The position numbers and the translations under genes were made by a program. From NCBI RefSeq assembly GCF_049243625.1, contig NZ_CP046975.1: 32,000 nt of DNA; one strand, written 5' to 3'. The first letter of the stretch is position 1. Each line of letters begins with the position of its first letter. Under the pieces are notes generated by a model that was given only the letters and a program-made list of their open reading frames with translations, searched no databases and had not been told where the DNA came from. Origin of the DNA: Corynebacterium amycolatum. Lineage in GTDB: Bacteria; Actinomycetota; Actinomycetes; Mycobacteriales; Mycobacteriaceae. Shown here piece after piece: positions 18,265 to 26,527 of this stretch.

Positions 18265-19356
18265 TTAGTGCTTTACGACGAGATCCTCGATGCGGTAGCC
18301 CTCTTCAACGGGATCCGGGTTGACTGAATCCGGAGCGGTACCGTTACCAAATGGGCTGCCACCAAGGTCTTCACGACCGTGCGGCTGGAGCAGGTCGAAG
18401 AGCTCCGGGCCCTTCGGGACAATACCTAAAGGATTGAGGTCGCGGTGGACCTCGTAGTAGTGGCGCTTGATATCGACAAAGTCAGTGGTGTCGCCGAAGC
18501 CCGGAGTCTGGAAGAGATCACGCAGGTAGTTGTATAGAACCGGCATCTCGGAGATCTTGTTCCGGTTGCACTTGAAGTGGCCGTGGTAGACCGCATCGAA
18601 GCGGATGAGGGTCGTGTAAAGGCGAATGTCGGCCTCAGTGATGTGGTCGCCCATGAGGTAGCGGCGGGTCTCTAAGCGCTCAGATACCTTGTCTAGGGCA
18701 CTGAACAGTCGGTCGTAAGCTTTGTCGTAGGAGTCTTGCGAACCCGCGAAGCCGCAGCGGTAGACACCGTTATTGATTTCGGTGTAGATGAACTGCATGA
18801 GCTCATCCATTTCCTCGCGCATCTCCACCGGGTAGAGATCCGGGGCGCCGTGGCGATGAAACTCGGTCCACTCGGTAATGAAATCCAAGGTGATCCAGGG
18901 GAAGTCGTTGGTCACAACCTCGCCCGATTCAATCTCGACGATGGCCGGGACGGTAATGCCCCGCTGGTAGTCCGGGAAGCGCTTTAGGAATGCCTCCTGC
19001 AGGCGCTCGTAGCCGAGTATTTCGTCGCGGCCACCTGACCCCTTGTCGAATGTCCAGGAGCGGGCATCGTGAACCGGCCCTGGAATTCCGACCGAAATTG
19101 CATCTTCCAAGCCGAGCAGCCTGCGAACGATAAGCGTGCGGTGTGCCCACGGGCACGCACGAGCCGCAACAAGACGGTAGCGCCCGGCTTCAACGGGCCA
19201 CGTCTTAATCCCCTCGCCTACCTCGCGACCGTTCTTAACAATGCGGTCATTGATATAGCGAGTATCGCGGTTAAAGTCTTTGCCCTCCTGGGAGTACACA
19301 CCGCCGGTGGAATGGGAGGAGTCCTCTATCTGGTTAGCTTCATACTTTGTTGTCAT
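18265..19356 (-). CDS. Xi-class glutathione-S-transferase-like protein (glutathionyl-hydroquinone reductase YqjG/ECM4 family)
   Basis: Catalytic CPWAHR motif (ARACPWAHRTLIVR) and a C-terminal GST fold. The ATG at 19356 (MTTKYEANQ) is preferred over the ORF-track start at 19434. Confidence 0.8.
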   Translation of the reverse strand: MTTKYEANQIEDSSHSTGGVYSQEGKDFNRDTRYINDRIVKNGREVGEGIKTWPVEAGRYRLVAARACPWAHRTLIVRRLLGLEDAISVGIPGPVHDARSWTFDKGSGGRDEILGYERLQEAFLKRFPDYQRGITVPAIVEIESGEVVTNDFPWITLDFITEWTEFHRHGAPDLYPVEMREEMDELMQFIYTEINNGVYRCGFAGSQDSYDKAYDRLFSALDKVSERLETRRYLMGDHITEADIRLYTTLIRFDAVYHGHFKCNRNKISEMPVLYNYLRDLFQTPGFGDTTDFVDIKRHYYEVHRDLNPLGIVPKGPELFDLLQPHGREDLGGSPFGNGTAPDSVNPDPVEEGYRIEDLVVKH

Positions 19357-19465
19357 ATCATCAACCATATGGGTAGGCAGACAGGCTGTCAACGGCGGCC
19401 AGAACAGACAGAGCCACCAAAATCGACAGGGCAACCACGGCCATAAGGGCCACCAAGGCCATTAG

Positions 19466-19533
19466 GACGGCTTGAGCTTCGCCAGCAGCCGGTTACTGTG
19501 CAGCAAGCCACTTCTGGTGAAGCGCAAGCCCGC
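19466..19533 (+). repeat. Palindromic interspersed element, copy B (20+28+20 nt; arms 16/20 complementary)
   Basis: GACGGCTTGAGCTTCGCCAG - N28 - CTGGTGAAGCGCAAGCCCGC. The loop CAGCCGGTTACTGTGCAGCAAGCCACTT resembles the copy C loop. Confidence 0.8.
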
Positions 19534-19661
19534 CTTAGGCAACAGCGGTGCCACCTTCATGGCCCAAAGTCCCAACACCAGGACCAAAAATGCAGCAAGC
19601 ACCCAAGCCGCCACTAGAAAAAAGGCCGAGCGGGTGCCCGTCGTAAAGCAAAGAAGGCACG

Positions 19662-19694
19662 AAAAAGCCCCAGCGAGGAAAACCTCGCCGGGGC
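19662..19694 (-). terminator. Rho-independent terminator of rpsA
   Basis: Read on the minus strand: GCCCCGGCGAGG, loop TTTT, CCTCGCTGGGGC (12-bp stem with one G-U pair), followed by TTTTT. It begins 40 nt downstream of the rpsA stop. Confidence 0.8.
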
Positions 19695-19733
19695 GATTTC
19701 TCAAAGGGACGTATAAGCCCTTAGCGGTCTAGC

Positions 19734-21197
19734 TTAGTTGCCAGCCAGCTTCTCACGCAGAGCAGCGAGCTGCTCGTCGGAAGCCAGGGTGCCGCCTGCG
19801 TTGTCTGCAGCCGGTGCGGCCGGAGCAGCCGGAGCTGCCTCGCCGGACTCGGAGGAGTAGTTCGAAGCAGTCTCTGCAGCCTCGGCAGCTGCAGCGCGGT
19901 GACGCTCGATCTGGGCAGCGTGCAGCTGGTGGTGACGCTCCGCCTCTGCGTAGCGAGCCTCCCACTCTGCGCGCTGGGTCTCGAAGCCCTCCATCCACTC
20001 GTTGGTCTCCGGGTCGAAGCCCTCCGGGAAGATGTAGTTGCCCTGCTCGTCGTAGGAGTCGCCCATGCCGTACTTGGTCGGGTCGAACTCTTCGGTGAAG
20101 TCCTCGTCAGCCTGCTTGAGGGACAGGGAGATACGACGACGCTCGAGGTCGATATCGATGACCTTGACCATGACCTGCTCGTCGACGGAGACGATCTGGT
20201 CCGGAACATCGATGTGGCGGGAAGCCAGCTCGGAGATGTGAACCAGACCCTCGATGCCTTCCTCGACGCGGACGAACGCACCGAACGGAACCAGCTTGGT
20301 GACCTTGCCCGGTACAATCTGGCCGATTGCGTGAGTGCGGGCAAAGACGCGCCACGGATCTTCCTGAGTAGCCTTCAGGGACAGGGAAACGCGCTCGCGG
20401 TTCAGGTCGACCTCGAGAACCTCGACGGTGACCTCGTCGCCAACCTGGACAACCTCGGACGGGTGGTCGATGTGCTTCCAAGACAGCTCGGAAACGTGAA
20501 CCAGGCCGTCAACACCGCCGAGATCGACGAATGCGCCGAAGTTGACGATGGAGGAAACGACACCCTTGCGGACCTGGCCCTTCTGCAGCTGGTGCAGGAA
20601 CTCGGAGCGGACCTCAGACTGGGTCTGCTCGAGCCATGCACGGCGGGACAGAACGACGTTGTTGCGGTTCTTGTCGAGCTCGATGATCTTGGCCTCAATC
20701 TCCTGGCCGATGTACGGCTGGAGGTCGCGGACACGACGCATCTCGACGAGGGAAGCCGGCAAGAAGCCGCGCAGGCCGATGTCGAGGATCAGGCCGCCCT
20801 TGACGACCTCAATGACGGTACCGGTAACCGGCTCGTCGTTCTCCTTGAGCTGCTCGATGGTGCCCCAAGCACGCTCGTACTGAGCGCGCTTCTTGGACAG
20901 GATGAGGCGGCCTTCCTTGTCTTCCTTGGTCAGGACCAGCGCGTCGATCTCATCGCCAACTTCGACCACTTCGTCAGGGTCGACATCGTGCTTGATGGAC
21001 AGTTCGCGGGAAGGAATGACACCTTCAGTCTTGTAGCCGATGTCGAGAAGAACCTCGTCGCGGTCAACCTTAACGACGGTGCCCTCAACGATGTCACCAT
21101 CGTTGAAGTACTTCATCGTCGAGTCGACAGCGGCCAGGAAATCCTCAGCGGTGCCAATGTCGTTGATGGCAACCTGAGGGACGTTAGAAGTGGACAT
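19734..21197 (-). CDS. rpsA: 30S ribosomal protein S1
   Basis: Four S1 domains (GDIVEGTVVKV, VTGTVIEVVKGGLILDIG, VRKGVVSSIVNFGAFVDLG, IVPGKVTKLVPFGAFVRV). The ATG at 21197 (MSTSNVPQVAIND) is preferred over the ORF-track start at 21362. Confidence 0.95.
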   Translation of the reverse strand: MSTSNVPQVAINDIGTAEDFLAAVDSTMKYFNDGDIVEGTVVKVDRDEVLLDIGYKTEGVIPSRELSIKHDVDPDEVVEVGDEIDALVLTKEDKEGRLILSKKRAQYERAWGTIEQLKENDEPVTGTVIEVVKGGLILDIGLRGFLPASLVEMRRVRDLQPYIGQEIEAKIIELDKNRNNVVLSRRAWLEQTQSEVRSEFLHQLQKGQVRKGVVSSIVNFGAFVDLGGVDGLVHVSELSWKHIDHPSEVVQVGDEVTVEVLEVDLNRERVSLSLKATQEDPWRVFARTHAIGQIVPGKVTKLVPFGAFVRVEEGIEGLVHISELASRHIDVPDQIVSVDEQVMVKVIDIDLERRRISLSLKQADEDFTEEFDPTKYGMGDSYDEQGNYIFPEGFDPETNEWMEGFETQRAEWEARYAEAERHHQLHAAQIERHRAAAAEAAETASNYSSESGEAAPAAPAAPAADNAGGTLASDEQLAALREKLAGN

Positions 21198-21438
21198 ATA
21201 AGATGTGCTCCGAAGCGGATAGAAATCGAAAAACGGACAATTTCGGCCTTGCCCCTCAAAGAAACTCCTGGACAACCGGGCCAAATCCGCTTTCGGCGAA
21301 TCTCGCCATTGGCAATTAGTTAACCCGATGTCCCCCGGAACTCGAGGCTGCAAAGTCGGCATGCTAATGCATACCTAGCGAACAATACCGATTTGAGCTG
21401 CGACATTCAAGTCCGCAACACGCCCTCGGTGAGTCCGC

Positions 21439-21460
21439 AAAAGGTCCGCCGGCCGCGACC
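21439..21460 (-). terminator. Possible polA terminator hairpin
   Basis: Read on the minus strand: a GC-rich imperfect stem (GGTCGCGGCCGGCGGACC) followed by TTTT, about 20 nt downstream of the polA stop. The stem has a bulge or mismatch, so this is tentative. Confidence 0.4.
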
Positions 21461-21480
21461 TCCGCCCCGCCTTCGCACCA

Positions 21481-24126
21481 CTAATGCGCAGCAGCATCCC
21501 AGTTCACACCAGCACCGATGGAAACATCCAGCGGTACCAGCAATTCAGCCGCCGAGTCCATCTCCCGATGCAACAGCTCCTTGATTGCCGCCTCTTCCCC
21601 ATCTGCAACTTCCACAACCAGTTCGTCATGAACCTGCAGGAGGACACGCGAGCGCAACCCGCCGCGTCGTAAAGCATCGTCGACCCGGAGCATCGCAATC
21701 TTAATAATGTCTGCAGCGGACCCCTGAATCGGCGAGTTCAATGCCGCGCGTTCCGCGTTATCGCGAGCGATGCGGTTGTCGGCGTTGAGCTCCGGCAGGT
21801 AGCGGCGCCGATCGAACATCGTGGCCGTAAAGCCGTCCTTGCGCGCCTGCTCAACAACCTTGTGCAGGTAATCGCGCACGCCGCCGAAGCGCTCGAAGTA
21901 GTCCTCCATGAGCTTCTTCGCCTCGCGCTGCGGGATATCCAGCTGCTGAGCCAGACCAAAAGCGCTCAGACCGTAAGCCAGACCGTAGCTCATCGCCTTC
22001 ACACGACGACGCAGCTCGGGCGTGACCTCATCAATGCCGACACCGAAGACCTTCGAGCCGACGTAGTTATGCAGATCCTCGCCCTGTCGGTAGGCCTCAA
22101 TCAGCCCCGGATCCTGCGACAGGTGCGCCATCACACGCATCTCAATCTGCGAGTAGTCCGCGGTAATCAGCTGCGCATAGCCATCGCCCACCACGAACGC
22201 CTCACGAATCCGTCGCCCGAACTCCGTGCGCACCGGAATATTCTGCAGATTCGGCTCCGTCGACGACAGGCGCCCCGTCGCCGCGACCGTTTGATTAAAG
22301 GTCGTATGAATACGGCCATCATCAGCGACGGCCTTAATCAATCCTTCCACGGTCGACTTCATCTTCTGCGACTCGCGGAACTTCAGCAGGTAATCCAGGA
22401 ACGGATGCGGGTTGACCTTCGCCAGCCCCTCAATTTCCTTCGCCGCCGTGGAATAGCCAGTCTTCGTCTTCTTCGTCTTGGGCATTCCCAGCTGGTCAAA
22501 CAGGACTTCTTGCAACTGCTTCGGCGATCCGAGATTCAGCTCAGGCTTATCGACGAGGTTGCGAGCCTCACTCTCCGCCTCATCGGTAGCCGCCTGCGCC
22601 TGCTTGTGAAGCTCCTCGAGCGCATCGACATCCACAGCGATACCGACGCGTTCCATCCGGCCAAGCACTGGAGCAAGCGGAACTTCCAGGTCGGCGTACA
22701 CACTGTAGAGCCCGGCCTCGTCGAGTTCGACCGCCAGTCGTTCAGCCAGGTCGATAACGGCGGCGACATGGGAAGCGTCTTCGGCCGGGCCATCGAGCAG
22801 GGTCATCTGACCGTCGGCCTGCGAAAGAGTCTGCCCCAGGTGCCGCTGGACGACGTTGTCCAAGCTGTAACTGCGCTGACTTGGGCGCAGCAGGTACGCG
22901 GCCAAGAAAGTGTCGTGGATAACCCCCGCCAGCTCGAAGCCATAGTTCCAGAGCGCATGCATGGCCGATTTACAGTCATGCACCAGCTTCGGGTGGTCGC
23001 CTGCGAGCCACTCGCGCAGTGTGTCGGCATCTTCTGCGGATAGCTCGCCGAGGTCGAGAGAAACGGCCTGACTGGAGGTCTTGCCCTTCTCATCAGCGGA
23101 GCCAATCATCAAAGTATGCTCCCCGACCTGCAACGCGGCCGGCTCGTGCAGTTCATCGAGCCAGACAGCCAGGGCGCCGTCGTCAAGCGAGACAGCCTCG
23201 AGCTTTGTCGCGCTGTCACTGGTGGAGGCGGTGACGCCCGCGCCTTCGATAGAAAGGGTGCGGAAGACGCGCTCGCGGAGGTTATCGCCGAATTCGAGGC
23301 GGTCGAAGAAGTCGATGATTCCCTGGGCATCAGCGGGCCGGAGCTCGAGCTCGTTCGGACCGTACGGCAAGGGCAGGTCCTTGACCATTTCGGTGATGTC
23401 ACGGTTCAGCTGGACATTTGCGACGCGCTCGCGGAAGTTGTCGCCGACTTTGCCGCGGATTTCGTCGGCGTGATCGATGAGGTTTTCCAGTGTGCCGTAC
23501 TGAACGATCCACTTCGTCGCGGTTTTCTCGCCGACCCCTGGAATGCCCGGGAGATTGTCGGAAGGGTCGCCACGGAGGGCCGCGAAGTCCGGGTACTGAG
23601 TCGGCGTTAGACCGTACTTTTTCTCAATAGCCGCAGGCGTGAAGCGATGCAGCGTGGTGACGCCGCGCATTGGATAGAGCACCGTGGTGGTGTCATTGAC
23701 CAACTGGAATGAGTCGCGGTCGCCGGTGACGATGAGCGTTTCGAAGCCCTCAGGCTTGGCCTGGGTAGCCAACGTCGCGATAATGTCGTCGGCCTCGTAG
23801 TTGTCCTTTTCCAGCGTGACGATGCCCATCTCTTTCAGCACCTGTTGAATAAGCGGCACCTGACCACGGAATTCCTCAGGAGTCTTCTCACGCTGGGCCT
23901 TATACTCCGGGAAAATCTCGTTGCGGAAGGTCTCGCGGGCGACATCGAAGGCGACCGCCACGTGCGTGGGTTTTTCCTCGCTGAGGATATTGGACAGCAT
24001 AGAAAGGAAGCCGTACACCGCGTTCGTTGTCTGACCGCCGGTGGTTGAGAAATTATCCACCGGAAGGGCAAAGAACGCGCGGAAGGCCATGGAATGACCG
24101 TCGATAAGCATGAGGGTCTTCTTCAT
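21481..24126 (-). CDS. polA: DNA polymerase I
   Basis: 881 aa. N-terminal 5'-3' exonuclease domain, then pol motifs A (ADYSQIEMRVMAH), B (RRRVKAMSYGLAYG) and C (LLQVHDELV). Confidence 0.97.
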   Translation of the reverse strand: MKKTLMLIDGHSMAFRAFFALPVDNFSTTGGQTTNAVYGFLSMLSNILSEEKPTHVAVAFDVARETFRNEIFPEYKAQREKTPEEFRGQVPLIQQVLKEMGIVTLEKDNYEADDIIATLATQAKPEGFETLIVTGDRDSFQLVNDTTTVLYPMRGVTTLHRFTPAAIEKKYGLTPTQYPDFAALRGDPSDNLPGIPGVGEKTATKWIVQYGTLENLIDHADEIRGKVGDNFRERVANVQLNRDITEMVKDLPLPYGPNELELRPADAQGIIDFFDRLEFGDNLRERVFRTLSIEGAGVTASTSDSATKLEAVSLDDGALAVWLDELHEPAALQVGEHTLMIGSADEKGKTSSQAVSLDLGELSAEDADTLREWLAGDHPKLVHDCKSAMHALWNYGFELAGVIHDTFLAAYLLRPSQRSYSLDNVVQRHLGQTLSQADGQMTLLDGPAEDASHVAAVIDLAERLAVELDEAGLYSVYADLEVPLAPVLGRMERVGIAVDVDALEELHKQAQAATDEAESEARNLVDKPELNLGSPKQLQEVLFDQLGMPKTKKTKTGYSTAAKEIEGLAKVNPHPFLDYLLKFRESQKMKSTVEGLIKAVADDGRIHTTFNQTVAATGRLSSTEPNLQNIPVRTEFGRRIREAFVVGDGYAQLITADYSQIEMRVMAHLSQDPGLIEAYRQGEDLHNYVGSKVFGVGIDEVTPELRRRVKAMSYGLAYGLSAFGLAQQLDIPQREAKKLMEDYFERFGGVRDYLHKVVEQARKDGFTATMFDRRRYLPELNADNRIARDNAERAALNSPIQGSAADIIKIAMLRVDDALRRGGLRSRVLLQVHDELVVEVADGEEAAIKELLHREMDSAAELLVPLDVSIGAGVNWDAAAH

Positions 24127-24570
24127 GACATCCCAGTGTAGGAAAATATCGAACAGCGTAGGAAAACTGAGATTCGCGCTGGGGACTCGCGGGCTGCGCA
24201 GGATGAGCTGTTAGCCGACCAGCTTCGGTGAATAATAATTACGGTAATCAGGCTGTATTTTGAAACGGGCTCAGCAGCCCATTAGTCCACCTGAACAGTG
24301 ATTCGCAAGAGGGAGCCTCCCTAGCGTCGCTTGGTACTTGGTTTCAGTTTCCGAAATACTGTAATCCAACTTTAATATTCGCCTTATTTTCCTGGAGTTT
24401 TTCCATATTTTCCAACGATTGTTCAACAACATGCATAGAACCTGCCCCCAATGAGGCGTCTAGAAATTACCCCCTCTTTGAGGTGGCCGCGAAAACATAT
24501 CGCCACGTCCTGCGCGTGCACCTGAAAGCAATTGGCGTAGTTACGCTTTCATGGCTTTAGACTCGTCAGC

Positions 24571-25161
24571 ATGAGTGAGTTCGATTCGACCAATTTCCAA
24601 CGGAGTGCCCAGTCCACCCGCGAGCGCATTATCGCGGCTGCAGCTCGGCACTTCGCGCGCAAGCCTTTGCGAAGCGTGCCACTGAAGGAGATTGCCAGCG
24701 ATGCGGGCGTTAGCGCGCCGCTCATCATCAAGTACTTCGGCTCCAAAGAAGGCCTCATGGCCGAACTGATTGACTTCAGCCAGTTCAAAGGCACGCTCAG
24801 CCGAGCTCCTTTCAATGAACTTGGCCAGCGGATGGCCAGCGCTATTTTGACTGGTCAAGGAATGGCCGGACAGTCCATGATTCCGCTGATCGTCGGATCC
24901 CTTGACTCCGAGGAAACTGCAAAAGTCATCGCCGAACGGTTCAATGAAGCTATCGCCGACGACCTGATTCACCGCGTCGAAGAAGACGGCCCAGAGAACA
25001 TCAGCCACGAAACTGCTGTGTACCGCAGCCAGATGGTTATTTCCCTCTGCGTCGGATACCTAGTTCTTTCCGATACCGGTTTGATCGACGAGACCAACGC
25101 GCCGAAGATCTCAGTGGAGGCCCTGGGGAGCTGCCTGCAGCAGATTATCGAGCACGGCTAA
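24571..25161 (+). CDS. TetR/AcrR family transcriptional regulator
   Basis: N-terminal helix-turn-helix: TRERIIAAAARHF ... LKEIASDAGVSAPLIIKYFGSKEGL. Confidence 0.85.
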   Translation: MSEFDSTNFQRSAQSTRERIIAAAARHFARKPLRSVPLKEIASDAGVSAPLIIKYFGSKEGLMAELIDFSQFKGTLSRAPFNELGQRMASAILTGQGMAGQSMIPLIVGSLDSEETAKVIAERFNEAIADDLIHRVEEDGPENISHETAVYRSQMVISLCVGYLVLSDTGLIDETNAPKISVEALGSCLQQIIEHG

Positions 25162-25242
25162 GGTCCGAGCACAGCTCAACAGCTCAGGAAGCAGCTCCAC
25201 CATCCACCACCCACCGCCTACTCCTGCGTAACTCACTGAATC

Positions 25243-25276
25243 AGCAGCGCCGCCCCAGGCGCTGCTTTTTGTTTTG
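25243..25276 (+). terminator. Rho-independent terminator after the TetR gene
   Basis: AGCAGCGCC, loop GCCCCA, GGCGCTGCT (9-bp perfect stem), followed by TTTTTGTTTTG. Confidence 0.75.
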
Positions 25277-25358
25277 TGTTCTTAATCGCACTCCGAAGCT
25301 GCTAATACACACACGGAAATACGGTTCTTCTCAGGTGGAAGACATACAATGGCCTGCG

Positions 25359-26336
25359 ATGTCTACTGAAAATATGAGCGCTCCTGGTGCAGAGTCGACT
25401 ACGCTGCCGACCACGAGCCCCTACTCTGAAATCCCGAAGCCGACCCCGCTGGGTGTCATCGCCAACGCAGTTCGTGGTGGCCTCATTGGTCTCGCCGAGA
25501 CGATTCCGGGTGTCTCCGGAGGTACGCTTGCGCTGATTACGGGCATCTACGGACGCCTGATTGAATCGGCAAAGCGCATCACCGACCTGCCGCGAGCGAT
25601 CTCCAAGGGCACCTTCAAGGAGGACCTGCGCAGGGTTGACTGGTGGCTGCTCATCCCGGTGGCTATCGGCATGGTTGCCGTGGTCTTCTCCATGGCAGGA
25701 GTCATGGAGAACTTCGTCACCAATCAGCCGGTCGCTTCCCGAGCACTGTTCATGGGCATGATCGCCGCCTCAATCACCATGCCGCTGAACGAGCTGCAGC
25801 CGGGTGCCCTGCGTCAGCCGGGCATGCGCGGCAAGGCCATCGCAGTCTTCCTGTTTTTCAGCGTCGCCCTGTTCGCGCTGACTTCGCTACCCCAAGCTGC
25901 GCCGACACAGCCACCTCTATGGCTCGTGCTCATCGCCGCTTCGATTGCCGTGTGTGCACTAGTGCTGCCGGGCGTTTCTGGCTCTTTCTTCCTGTTGGTC
26001 ATCGGACTCTACGCGCCGACCATGGGCGCAATTCATGACCGTGACATCGCCTACATCGGCACTTTCTTCGTCGGCGCGCTGATCGGCATCGTCCTGTTCA
26101 TCCGCCTCCTCGAATGGCTGTTGAGTACACACCAGGCGCTCACGCTGGTCGCCATGTCCGGACTCATGCTCGGTTCCCTGCGCGCGCTCTGGCCGTGGCA
26201 GACCGAGAACAACGAGCTCCAGGGCATCGGCTCCGACTGGGGACTCGCCCTCGGACTGTTCATTCTCGGCGCCGCAATCGTCAGTGTCGTCGCTTATGCG
26301 CAGCGCCGTTTTTCTAATTCGGGGTCGATGGACTAA
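25359..26336 (+). CDS. DUF368 family polytopic membrane protein (family implicated in undecaprenyl-phosphate recycling)
   Basis: Duplicated family signature: ETIPGVSGGTLALITGIY and LVLPGVSGSFFLLVIGLY. The ATG at 25359 is preferred because the ORF-track start at 25269 lies inside the upstream terminator. Confidence 0.8.
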   Translation: MSTENMSAPGAESTTLPTTSPYSEIPKPTPLGVIANAVRGGLIGLAETIPGVSGGTLALITGIYGRLIESAKRITDLPRAISKGTFKEDLRRVDWWLLIPVAIGMVAVVFSMAGVMENFVTNQPVASRALFMGMIAASITMPLNELQPGALRQPGMRGKAIAVFLFFSVALFALTSLPQAAPTQPPLWLVLIAASIAVCALVLPGVSGSFFLLVIGLYAPTMGAIHDRDIAYIGTFFVGALIGIVLFIRLLEWLLSTHQALTLVAMSGLMLGSLRALWPWQTENNELQGIGSDWGLALGLFILGAAIVSVVAYAQRRFSNSGSMD

Positions 26337-26386
26337 ACTAGTCAAGGTCGCTTCGACAGAGCATTTTCGCTTATCGACGGCTTTGC

Positions 26387-26460
26387 GCCCCTGTAGCCCA
26401 ATTGGCAGAGGCAACGGATTCAAAACCCGTCCAGTGTGAGTTCGAGTCTCACCGGGGGCA
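26387..26460 (+). tRNA. tRNA, 74 nt, anticodon CAA by hand fold (class I geometry with a 5-nt variable loop; no encoded CCA)
   Basis: Acceptor GCCCCTG / CGGGGGC (one G-U pair), discriminator A. D arm GCCC-AATTGGCAG-AGGC. Anticodon arm ACGGA-TTCAAAA-CCCGT (A31 x C39 mismatch). T arm GTGAG-TTCGAGT-CTCAC. Confidence 0.75.
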
Positions 26461-26467
26461 CGATTTT

Positions 26468-26513
26468 AAAACCCGCTTTCATCTGGCGTTTAGCCTGGTG
26501 GGGGCGGGTTTTT
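26468..26513 (+). terminator. Possible terminator-like hairpin after the tRNA
   Basis: AAAACCCGC (26468-26476) pairs with GCGGGTTTT (26504-26512), followed by a T run. The 27-nt interior is long, so confidence is low. Confidence 0.35.
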
Positions 26514-26527
26514 GCTTGGGTTTGTAT

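Noticed and set aside
19462-19704. 80-aa hydrophobic ORF on the - strand that looks like a small membrane protein
   Set aside because: It is built from the rpsA terminator and palindromic element copy B. The same repeat produces the similar peptide LLVKRKP in the unrelated ORFs at 6210-6506 and 19472-19732, which shows the similarity is repeat-derived and not coding.
19899-21323. 474-aa ORF on the + strand
   Set aside because: It is antisense to rpsA. The Leu/Asp/Val-rich mirror-frame composition shows no motifs, so it is a shadow ORF.
21862-23043. 393-aa ORF on the + strand, plus several 60-160-aa ORFs across 21484-24071
   Set aside because: All are antisense to or out of frame with polA, which is supported along its whole length by polymerase motifs.
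24149-24155. TCGAACA, resembling half of a corynebacterial LexA/SOS box, upstream of polA. A similar look was taken upstream of uvrB (6246-6360).
   Set aside because: Only a half-site was found. No second inverted half at the expected spacing was found by eye in either region, so no SOS box is claimed.
24441-24490. Two C5 runs (24445-24449 and 24470-24474) reminiscent of the C-rich loops of actinobacterial 6C RNA
   Set aside because: I could not fold convincing stems that present the C-runs in loops, and I cannot verify the consensus without a covariance-model search.
25269-25358. N-terminal extensions of ORF-track models. This one is the DUF368 gene; the others are at 16267, 19434, 21362, 6510, 11320 and 29658.
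   Set aside because: In each case an internal start gives an N-terminus matching the family or is preceded by an RBS. The 25269 extension lies inside a terminator hairpin, and 11320 overlaps the regulator gene. The alternative starts remain unverified.
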